NCBI GenBank assembly: GCA_963693365.1
Contig: CAVNZM010000020.1
Location: 40,957-104,956 of the forward strand
Direction: 5' to 3'
Length of the DNA stretch: 64,000 bases
Source of the DNA: Amoebidium appalachense
Lineage: Eukaryota > Protista > Ichthyosporea
Shown piece after piece: positions 52,963 through 64,000 of the stretch. A program made the position numbers and the translations under genes. Positions within the stretch are counted from its first letter, which is position 1. Every line of letters begins with the position of its first letter. The notes under the pieces were generated by a model, which was not told the DNA's origin, made no database searches, and was given only the letters and a program-made list of their open reading frames with translations.

Positions 52963-53794
52963 CACGGTGATCACAACATCTTAAAGCTTTAACCTCAATC
53001 CGATCCTTAGGCATGCTCTACCACACTATATACTTTGTGAACCATACTGTTTGAATTAATGAATGGGTAGCGAAGGGGAGGAGGCAATCTTTCCTTGTTT
53101 GTCTTCATGGGTTAGCGTTGGAATGTGATGGTAAGTTGTGATTGATGTGATAGTAAGTTAGATAGGTTGTATTGTATAACCCTTTACTTTGTATATTGTA
53201 TGTGATGTTTCACGTGTAGACTGATGCTCATACCACTTCTCTTTTGAACTCTTTCCAAAGTCACAGGATGGCCTGCCTGATTGAGAGCGTTCTTCAGCTC
53301 TATTATGTTACATTGGGCTTCTTTGCCTGTAATAGTTGTGAACATCATGTCGGTCAGTTAGCCGGAATTTGTAAAGCACCCTGTTTAAGGATGTATTGTG
53401 TAAGACTTATCTCATATTTTATTCACAATGTGCATTAAACAATGCCCATACAATTGCAAAACTCCAAATTGCTGTTGTGGAACTACCGTACCCAGCTCCG
53501 TTCTTTAACCAGCATGTCGCTTGTTTGCTACCCCTCATAAACTGTGATACTTCACCTGAAAGATAATGTGCTATCGTGGCTTGCTATGTGGTCGAAATAA
53601 CTTATATCGCTGTTTGCAAACGGACACCCAACAGTTAAAACGTTGATAAATATATAATTGGATGCTTCCAAAGATGTTTGGGTCGCATTCCATGCACATC
53701 CTAGTTTGGGTCCTAGTGTGCCTAATAGAGATACAATATACATTTTTACAAAATATATAAGGGATAACCGAGCATTTCCATAGAAAACACCCAG

Positions 53795-53820
53795 ATCTCA
53801 AAAGTCCTAAGTACCCTCCT
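53795..53820 (-). repeat. Right TIR
   Basis: ATCTCAAAAGTCCTAAGTACCCTCCT followed by CCCA. Confidence 0.93.
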
Positions 53821-55063
53821 CCCACTGCGAGGGCACCTCTAGGAGGTATTTTAAAATCATGTCACTAACTAGTGCGCTCGGCCTTTGGCTCTGAGGGGAT
53901 TTCCGGTCATTCGTGCCAAACGGGTCGAATCGGGCCTCCTCGTCGTGTGAGTTTAGCATGTCCATGCTTCCTTTAACTTTGACGTTGGGTGGTTGGAGGC
54001 CGGAGCTTAGGTTTCCGTTTTTGGAACGAGGTTTTGAGAGTGGGTGGTTGGGAGGGACTTTGGACGGGGTTTGGGATGGTTCCTGTGGGGGTGGTGGACG
54101 TGTGAGATGTGTGTGTATGTGTGGAGGGGGGGGGGGGGGGGGGGGGGAAGGGGGGGAGTGGGTTGGTGGGTGGTGTGTGTGTGGGGGGGGGGGGGAAGGG
54201 GCGTGGGGTGGGGGGAGGAGTGGGTGGGTGGGTGTGTTGGGGAGTGGGGGAGTGGGTGAGTGGGCGGGTGGGGGGGGGGGGGGGGGGGGGGGGTAGTTGC
54301 GTGTGTGGGTGGTTGAGTATGTGTGTGGATGTGGGTGTGTGTGTTCGGGCGTGCGGTGGGTGGGTGTGCATTCGTGGGATTATGTATTTGCGGGTTCGTG
54401 AGGGCGGGAATCCGTGCATGCATATGTGTGAGTGTGTGTGTTTTCGTGTACGTGTGCATGTGTGTGTGTGTAGTGTGTCGTGGGTAGAGGGTCCAGTTAG
54501 AACACGTTTACGGATTACCCAAGTGTACACTCACGACAAACAACCACATGCTAGTTTGCAAGGGGAAGGGGGAGGGGGAAGAAGGGAGGGGGGCGGGAGA
54601 GGGGGGGGAAAGGTGGTGGTGGTGGTGGTGGTGGTGGTGGGGGGGGGGGGGGGGGGAAGGGGGACACACCTCTGATGATTCATCGTCCGAGTTACTGCAG
54701 CTACTTCGGGCCAACATATCGGCACGTGACGTTTGGTCTGGGGGGTGTACCCCCTTGACTCGTCGGAGAATCGAACGCATGCTCGTGGTGAGCTTGACCT
54801 GTGGGTGAGCGGGGGGGGGGGGGGGGGGGGGAGAGGGGGGGAGGAGGGGGGGAAAGGGGGGGGGGGGGGAGGAGGATGGGGGGGGGGAGGAGGAGGGGGG
54901 AGGGGGGGGGAGGGAGGAGGGCCGGGGGGGGGGGGGGGGGGGGGGGGGGGGTTTCAGGTTAGAATGTTCTACAAACCACGATGTGCGATTCCATGATGGA
55001 CAACACAGGGGAAATTTTGCGAAGTACACATACTGAGTATGCATCATAAGCGGCAGCTGCGGG

Positions 55064-55101
<38 letters not shown>

Positions 55102-57341
55102 AAAAGCGGTTTCGATTACCGAATCCTGAACCCCGTCTTTACCCCCTCCCCTCCCCAAAAAAATAAAAATAAAAAATAAAATAAAATAAAATAAAATAAA
55201 ATAACTTAGTACCACCGTAACTTCGTAGTGGAAGGATAACAAACATACACCCAGAAGGTTGCTTTTTTTTTCTTTCCTTTTTTTGTGTGTGTGTGTGGGG
55301 GGGGGGGGGGGGGGGGGGGGGGGGATTATACACTTTCTGGCTCGTAAAGGTTCTCATATATTGCCACAGAAGAAAAGAAGGGCATGGAACATAATTCCCT
55401 CACTGTGGGGTAGTCCTTGCGGCTGCCTTGTAGAATCGACTGGATGATCTGTAGCCAATGAAAAGGGGGAAATGAGCGGAGCTTTCAGCCATAGGCAGGC
55501 ATGAAATTATTTTCAATATAATGACTTTTCCAAAAATTGCACGAAAGTTGGCTTTGTTTTTGTATATCTCGTACTTTCCATAAATATTTGAATGCTTTTT
55601 TCGAATATTTCTCTGTAAGATGTCCGTATCATGCTTACCATCCACAATATGTGGTGTGCGCTTGTATGTCTATGTGTGTGTGTGTGTGTGTGTGTGTGCC
55701 TGCCTGTCAGTACTTGCTTGCCGGTGTGTGTGAATTTGTCTGCACGTGCGTCTGTGTATGTATCAACGAACCAGGGTACGGGGGGGGAAGGAAGGGAGGG
55801 GAGAGGGGCGGGGGGGGGGGGATGGAGAGGGGGAGGTGGGAGGGGAGGGAGAGGGGGATGATTATGCATTAGAGGGTTGGAAACATGGGGGAGACACCAA
55901 CGAACAAAATGCAAAACGACGGGCGGGGGAGGGGGGGGGTTTGAATGCGTCAAAAAGTACGAACTACACAAGAACAAACGGATAACACGATGCAGAAGGC
56001 AAGCCATACAAAAAGAGTATGCATAATAAGCAGAGCCCATCCTCAGGGGGGGGCCACGTCATCCACAGTACCCGAGTTTCGACCTATTCCCCTCGTTAAC
56101 GAAACCCCACTCAGATACTGTTTCACTTGAACATGAGTAGCTCACCCGTCTTGATCAGAGACGAGCAGGGTTGCTTATGCAGGCAAGGGCAGTGGGAAAG
56201 GCCGGGGGTTAAAGTTGCAGCAGTAAGCAGAAGCAAGAAAAATATAGATAGGAACTCAGGAGACGGGGCTTCTAGGAAGCTCCCCCGTCGATACCTAAGT
56301 CGATACTTCCCTGGCTAACATACTACACCAGCTGAAAAGAATTAAGTCCCGAAGGCCGCAGAATTCGCAATCAGAGGGGAAAATATGAGATTTGACCCAC
56401 GCCGCAGGGTAGTAACACGCTTACTAGGGCAGAACTTTATCGTCTTCGAACGGAAAGCTATGCCCCCGGATGTCAGCCGGAAATATGGTATCACCCAGGG
56501 AAGGGGGGGGGGGGGGAGAGGGGGGAGAGGGGGGGGGGGGGGGGGGACGACCTCGCGAAGGCGGTTGCTTGAATGTGGAGGTATGTACTTAGGATGTGGT
56601 CGGTCGGGTTCAAACCCTGTGATTGGTGGACAGGTTTAGAAATACTTGCACGTGGGGAGAGAGGTGTATGGTATGAGAAAAAGGCAAAGCTGTTGTTTCT
56701 ATGCGCACGGGAAGGGCACTTGATAGGTAGTACATGCCTACTTTTTGTACGTGTCTGATGCGGTTTGGCTGGGGGTAGTCAGCTTGGGGAATGGGTAGGA
56801 CATAGCCGGTGTATGGAAGGAGAGTGGGTGTGCGGGTGGGTGGGTGGCTGGGTGTTTTTTTTTTTTTTTTTTTTTTGTGGGGGGGGGGGGGGGGGGGAGG
56901 GGAAGGGGGAGGGGGGGGGGGGGGGGGGGAAGGGGGGGAGTGAAGTTGAGTGAGAGTGTGAGGGGGGAGGGGGGAGGGGGGAAGGAGGGAAGGGGGGTAA
57001 GGGGGGGTTGTGACTAACATCAGAAACAAACTGGCATGTGAATTTTTTGGGTGTGCAGGTGGCCTACTTGTGTCTTAGGGGGCTGAAGGGCAAAAAAATA
57101 GGAAACACAAAAAAATACAAAAGGAACGAAAGTAGAGTGCAACATAGGTCATGACAGCAAACCATATCGTTCCATTAAACAAAGGGGGGAGGGGAGGGAG
57201 GGGAGGGGGGGGGGGGGGGGGGGGGAGCCATGATATTTGAAGAAGAAAAAACGGGAGGGGGGAGGAAAGGGGAGGGGACACGGGGCGTGCGGGGTATGGG
57301 GACCATGGGATGTGATTACTAGAGGTTGGAGAACACACACA

Positions 57342-57376
<35 letters not shown>

Positions 57377-57587
57377 AGGAAGAGAGAAACAGACCAACTC
57401 AATTCCACAACATAAACCGAAACAGGGGGGGGGGGGGGGGGGGGGGTCAGGTTTTCCTTCTTCTTTCTCTCTTTTCTGTTCTTTATCTCTTTCTTTCTTT
57501 CTCTTTCTTTCTTGCTCATTCCTTCTTTTCTTCTTTCTTTCTTTCTTTCTTTTCTTTTCTTTTTTTTATTTTTTTCTTTTCTTTTTT

Positions 57588-57650
<63 letters not shown>

Positions 57651-57819
57651 ATACCAAAAGCCATCTCAAACAGCACGTGACCAAATGAAATGACGTCGAG
57701 GATGCGGAGAGATAGAGAGCTGAGATCGGCCCTCGGGTAACGGGATATGAGGTAGGGGTCTTGGCCTAGAAGGGTGTTCTCTAGACCACACAGTCTGGGC
57801 GTGTGTGTGATGTGTGAAG

Positions 57820-57853
<34 letters not shown>

Positions 57854-58436
57854 AGACGGGGGGAAGGGGAGGAGGGGTGGGTGGATGGGTGCTTGTGAAG
57901 TTGGGGGGGAGAAGGGGGGTTAAGGTTGGAAAAGGGGTTGGGTGAGTGGGTAGGCGGCAGGCGGGCGGGGGGGGGGGGGGGGGGGGGGGGGTGAGTGGGT
58001 GAGTGTGTGTGTTGTGTGTGGGTGAGCGCATGTGAGCTTATGCACTGGCGTGTGTGACACTGTGTGTGTGCGTGTGCGTGTATCTGCGTGTGCATGGATG
58101 TGCGTGTGCGTGTATGTGCGCGTACGTGTACGTGTATGTATGTGTGTGTGCGCGCATGCGCATGTGCATGTGTGGATGTATGGTGGGTGTGTGTGCGAGA
58201 AGTGCGCCCCGCACGTTCAAGTTCATGTGTGTGTTTGCAACTGGGTGTCAAGGAAGGGCCTCCATATACACTACAGGGAACCGAAGCACACATTCATGAC
58301 AGACAACACAAAGCAGAGTGCAGCGCACACATAAAGAGTCTGCATAAAAAGCTGAGCCTGCGGGGGAGGGGCAGAGGCGGGGGGGTATATTTGAGCGTAG
58401 CACACCATACAAACTAACAAGATAAGCAATATATAT

Positions 58437-58475
<39 letters not shown>

Positions 58476-58495
58476 ACACACACATACATACATAC

Positions 58496-58588
<93 letters not shown>

Positions 58589-59800
58589 GCAGAGCGTGGT
58601 AGAATTGCACTAAAAAGACCAAACAGGTAGACGTCCGATTGTACACCCCCACAAGAACATAACATGGGGGGTTGCTTGTGGTGTGTCGAGGCATCATGGG
58701 TGGTAGCGGTTCCGGTGGTGACATTACTGGATAGAAGGGGACGGAAAGGGGGGGAGGGGAAGCGGGAAATGTGAAGGAAGAAAGGACATGGGCAGAGAAA
58801 GGGTGGGTGGGTGGGAGGAGAGGGGAGGGGGAAGGGTGGGGGCGGAGGGGGGGAGGTGACTTACTTGATGGTGTTTGTGACGGAGAGGAGAACGTTTCCT
58901 GTGTGAAGGTGGCCGTAGGGAAAAGGCCGACTCTGAATGAAAAGGAGACCCTGTATGCATGGTTTTTTTTTTTTTTTTTTTTTTTTTGGGGGGGGGGGGG
59001 GGGGGGAGGAGTATGCTTTAAAATATGGGAAGGCAAAGTTTAAGTAATATACCACAACACGCCAACAAAACCGAACAAAGAACAACATACCCCCCCCCCC
59101 CCCCCCCCCCCAAAAAAAAAGGGGGGGGGGGGGGGGGGGGGGGGGTAAAAAAAAAAAAAGAAAAAAAAAAAAAAGAAAAACCCAAACTCCAACACCGCCA
59201 CCAACCCCGGAGTGCCTTATGATCCCCTCCATCCCGTGCTCTGCCTATTTCGATTTGTGTGACATTGAGTTTAGGAAATTGCGTTTCTGTGCCGCTGATT
59301 GAAATATATAAAATAATTATAAAAAAAGCCGGAATAAAAAATCCTGGCCGGAAAGCCGTAATATGGTGTGGTGTATCTAACTAGAGCACTCTGTCCTTCC
59401 CCGCTACACCCTTCCCCCCCCCCATCCCCCCTTGAACCCCCCCCGAGCCCTCTATCGCCCCACATACACACATCTGTAAAGGAGTTCTTACATGTTTTCT
59501 CGAGGTAGGGTGGGGGAGAGGGAGGGGGGAGGGGGGGGGGGGGGAGAGGGGGAGGGAGAGCGGGCGAAAGAGAGAAAAACGGGAAAACAAACACAACCAC
59601 CTCAAACGACCAAACACAAACAAACCGGGAGGAGGGTAGACAGATATAGAGGGGGGGAGGGGGGGGGGGGGAGAGGGGGAGGGGGGAGGGGAGGGAGGGA
59701 GGTTACAGAAGGCGAAGTAAACATGGTAACGGGCACCACAATCAAGGATGCAAAGAGCACACAGCCTGTTTTTTTTGTTTTGTTTTCTTTTTTTTTGTCC
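53821..59800 (-). other. Probable multi-exon host gene on the minus strand, product unknown
   Basis: Short complex islands (e.g. 54670-54800, 53870-54010) with minus-strand splice signals, separated by poly-G tracts as in the other minus-strand gene. Confidence 0.35.
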
Positions 59801-59939
59801 CCTTTTTTTTTTCGGGGATGGGGAGGGGGGGGGGGGGGCACACCTCACACCTCCAGTATTTGTCGGGGGGGGGGCACACCTCACACCTCCAGTATTTGTC
59901 GGCCAAAGAGACGTATGGATTCCAACTCCATGGGGGAGC

Positions 59940-60221
59940 CATCATTACCATATTTGGTAAGATAAGCCTCTGTGGGCCAATCAGCATCAGGTTTTATGAC
60001 TATACTTGGCTATCATTACCATATGTACATGTGGTAAGATATGCCTCTGGTGGACCATTCAGCATTAGGTTTTGGTGACTATATTTGGCTATCATAACCA
60101 TATTTAGTAAGAAATGCCTCGGTGGACCAATCAACATTAGGTTTTGGTGACTATATTTGGCTATCATACCATATTTAGTACGAGATGCCTCTGGTGGACC
60201 AATCAGCATTAGGTTTGGTGA
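59940..60221. repeat. ~71-bp tandem repeat x4
   Basis: CAT..CCATATTT.GTAAGA.ATGCCTC.GGTGGACCAATCAGCATTAGGTTTTGGTGACTATATTTGGCTAT repeated. Confidence 0.85.
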
Positions 60222-60425
60222 TAATCTTTGGCTTACGCTTTAACCAAAGACCCTTGTGCTGTGGCATGAAGCACGTCTTCTGGGTGCTTTGTTTTGTCTT
60301 GAAGGTGAAAGTGGGAAAACCATGTGTGTGCGTGCATACAGCTGTTTTGTTTTTGTTTTTGTTTTTTTTTTTGGGGGGGGGGGGAGGTGGTGGGGAGAGG
60401 GGAGGGGGGTTTACGTGCTTGTGAA

Positions 60426-60499
<74 letters not shown>

Positions 60500-60507
60500 G
60501 CATGTCG

Positions 60508-60550
<43 letters not shown>

Positions 60551-60610
60551 CGTGCGTGCGTGTGTGTGTGTGTATGTGTGTGTGTGTGTGTGTGTGTGTT
60601 TGGCATGTCG

Positions 60611-60647
<37 letters not shown>

Positions 60648-60697
60648 GCATGTCGGAGTGTGTGTGTGTGTGTGTCCGTGTGTGTGTGTGTGTGCGT

Positions 60698-60738
<41 letters not shown>

Positions 60739-61344
60739 CGTGCACGCCGCGCACGTGTGTGTGTGTGCATGTAAATCTACGTGTGTTCGTGTGTGCATGC
60801 CTGTATATGTTTGGCGGACCAGCATGCTTGCGTGAATGCGTGCATGTGGAAGGACATTGGGAAATGGGACACGTCGTGTATCTCAGGTGTGTATGTGTGT
60901 GTCGAGGGTTGGGGGAGGGGAAGGGGGGGGGGGGGGGGAGGGAGGGGGGGATGGGCAGGAGGGGAGGGGGGGGGGGGGGAGATGCATTACACATACAGCC
61001 GACATCAATGACTTGAGGAGTGGTCCTTGAAACTAGCCCCCCCTTCTCCCCCCCCCCCCCCCCCCCCTCTTCCCCCTTCCCCCCTACCCCCCCCTCCCCC
61101 CGCCCTCCTCCTCCCCCCTTCCTCCCTCTTGATTCCCTTTACCCATGCCCCCTGTCAATATCTCAAGTTGGTGGAAGAAAGAAGGGAAAAAACGTAACGA
61201 AAGTGGGGTGAGGGATAAGAGATGACCAGATATGCCAGATACAAATGGGGAGATAGTCCAAATATGGGAGATACGAAGCTGGGAGAGAGGAAGCAGAGGG
61301 GGGCTGTGTGTGAGCGTGAGAATATGTGCGTGTGCATGTGCACG

Positions 61345-63480
61345 CCTTTGCACGCTAACACACAATCTCGTTACAACCGCGAAATTCCTCAGTCTTACTG
61401 CTTCAATCATGACTGACAAACCGTCGTACATCAACCTTCCAATATGGAATCCGTCCGAGGAGAAACGTCTTAATTATTTCGAGTGGGAGCCACTCATTCA
61501 CCGGTTCATTAGAACAACCATTGCCGAGAAATTCGTTGACGCTATCAAGAGGTCACAGTGGGTTGACGGCACTGAAGCCAACCAGTGGCTAGGCTACGCC
61601 ACCAAGGACTCCTACAAGAAAGCTTCCGACGTCCTCGACCAGATCCTCAACCAGTCCGTCCATCCGACCGAGCTCTACGACTCCGGCCGGATGCAAGACG
61701 GTGTCCACGGTGGAGAAGTCTTCTACAACCTACTGTTGAATTGTATAATTATTTGGGATGTAAGCAGAGACACAGTGGTGCAGTGTGAAAACACCACAGA
61801 CACACACAACAACAAAACACGGAACGATCGGAGCAGTGTACACAACAGACATCAATGTTTAGACACGACTGAACTGAATTTATTCTGATCTTCGAATAAA
61901 TACCTGAAATTCCTCTAAGTCCAATCCATACATGATTTCCGACCAGTCGGAAATCAGATCCATCTCTATTAGAAACCAATCACTAAGAACCAATTGCTTT
62001 CAGAGAGATCCGGTACGCGGAGACGTACACGATAGGACACAGACACTAGTTAAGATCAACTCGTGTCATCATCAAGGAAGTTCTAACCTATGACATACTG
62101 CAAAGACTCAGACATATCACACTTAACCTTGATGATTGGTTAAAGCCCGGCAACACATGAAAACTAAAGTAAATTAATGAAGTCTGAACACACATGCTAT
62201 TCTAAGTGTAGCCTAAGTGTGTTACCGTCCAATGAACACGTATTAAGTAACACAAATCTACCTAACATATATTAGTAGAAAAGAAATACGATTATACACA
62301 TGAAGACAAGGAGAGAAAGAAAAAAAATAAGGAAGGAGAAAGAGGAAGGAAAAGAGAGCACAGATCAACAAACAAGATAGTAATAGCATAACTATAACCA
62401 GAGATATTTATGTACACACGAACATGTACACGTCTCTCCCTGAGTGGGTGGATCCGTGTACACACATATAAATATTCTAATCGATATTACAATACACGAT
62501 TAGAGCCGATACAACACGATTACAAGTATACAAGCATATCGGAGATCGATGCTTCATTTTACATAATAGGAGTGTGGCATTTACACTAAGCATATGAACT
62601 GAAACATAACACAAACTGAGAAGATCTTACCATATGTAAATACTACGTATTACAACACCTACGTATGGCGTATGTAGCAGAGAAGGAGGCCCGAGTCACC
62701 CAGATTCAAGTCACCTTCGAGGAGCTTGAACTACGAGACTACCCCAACGTCACAGCATACCTCACCCGTCTCCAACGTCTGGCTACGACACTTGCCTGCC
62801 TCGACGAGCCCGTCCAGCACAAGGATGTCGTACGTAAGTTCTTCCTTCACCTCCGGAAGAACACGGCCCTCGTCTGCTCCGACATTGAACGTCTGTGCTC
62901 CGACTACTGGATGAACAACAAGGCCTACCCGTCCTTCAACCAGCTCATCACTGGTGACATCCGAGGAGCTGAAATCCGTGCCGGCCTCATCGACGCAGGC
63001 ACTGGTGCAACCTTCAACAACCGACCCCTCCGTGCACTCCAGAGCAGAGTGCTTCCCCCCGGTGACCTCCGTAACCGTATCTCTCGGCGTGAGCATACAC
63101 CTCACCGTTCTCCGTCCCGTTCCCGTGATCCTCGTCCGTCCTCCAAGTCACCCGGCCCCCGTTCAACTTCCCCTTACCACCGTGGTAACAGGGACAACCG
63201 TAACCGACAGCACAACACCAAGAAGGTGGAGTGTTCCTACTGCCATGAGCCCCACCACATCACAGCATGCCCGGAGCCTGGCTGTGCTGTTGCTCGTCGT
63301 GCCAAGCAGGAGAAAGGCAACAAGAGTGTGCAATTTGCACTCATCTCCTCCACCGGCACACCCGACCGTGACGACCCCGTCTGGGACAGTGCTTGTAATG
63401 CACACATCTGCCCCATCAAGGAGTATTTCTCCACCCTTACCCCGTGTCCTCCCACCCCCATTCACGGTCTTGGCACCGTC
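61345..63480 (+). mobile_element. Second copy of copia family A (gag to protease), split by a solo LTR and cut by telomere repeats
   Basis: MTDKPSYINLPIWNPS (ATG 61409) and 62665-63480 nearly identical to the N-terminus of ORF 17429-20239; intact CSYCHEPHHITAC knuckle. Confidence 0.93.
61734..62657 (-). mobile_element. Solo LTR of family B, 924 bp
   Basis: TGTTG..CAACA termini, 5-bp TSD CCTAC (61729-61733, 62658-62662), near-identical to 21565-22489. Confidence 0.93.
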
Positions 63481-63970
63481 TAGGGTTTAGGGTTAGGGTT
63501 TAGGGTTTAGGGTTTAGGGTTTAGGGTTTAGGGTTTAGGGTTTAGGGTTTAGGGTTTAGGGTTTAGGGTTTAGGGTTTAGGGTTTAGGGTTTAGGGTTTA
63601 GGGTTTAGGGTTTAGGGTTTAGGGTTAGGGTTTAGGGTTTAGGGTTTAGGGTTTAGGTTTAGGGTTTAGGGTTTAGGGTTTAGGGTTTAGGGTTTAGGGT
63701 TTAGGGTTAGGGTTTAGGGTTTAGGGTTTAGGGTTTAGGGTTAGGGTTTAGGGTTTAGGGTTTAGGGTTTAGGGTTTAGGGTTTAGGGTTTAGGGTTTAG
63801 GGTTTAGGGTTTAGGGTTTAGGGTTAGGGTTTAGGGTTTAGGGTTAGGGTTAGGGTTTAGGGTTTAGGGTTTAGGGTTTAGGGTTTAGGGTTTAGGGTTT
63901 AGGGTTTAGGGTTTAGGTTTAGGGTTTAGGGTTTGGGTTTAGGGTTTAGGGTTAGGGTTTAGGGTTTAGG
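63481..63970 (+). repeat. Telomeric array (TTTAGGG)n with TTAGGG variants
   Basis: ~490 bp of TTTAGGG, G-rich strand pointing to the right end. Confidence 0.97.
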
Positions 63971-64000
63971 ACTAGCAACCCCCCTCCCCACTCCCCCTCC

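Overview
Eukaryotic, repeat-rich, probably subtelomeric DNA ending in a (TTTAGGG)n array. Most ORF-track entries are artefacts of poly-C/G and (CA)n/(CT)n tracts in introns. The main finding is an apparently complete 25.3-kb DNA transposon (28554-53820) with perfect 26-bp terminal inverted repeats and a 4-bp target-site duplication (CCCA). It carries two divergent spliced genes: a Sola-type/DUF7869-like DDD transposase (minus strand) and a ParB/Srx-like protein fused to a beta-class N6A/N4C DNA-methyltransferase-like domain (plus strand). Mirror-symmetric arrays of an 18-bp palindrome (TCCTAGT-N4-ACTAGGA, 25-26 bp period) lie in the last intron of each gene, with further copies in the shared promoter. 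A second, divergent spliced transposase of the same type occupies 22-6887. Bases 9336-22489 are a nest of LINE, chromovirus Gypsy and copia fragments. The window ends with a copia gag interrupted by a solo LTR and cut directly by telomere repeats. Gene models were spliced by eye and domain calls rest on motif recognition, not database searches.
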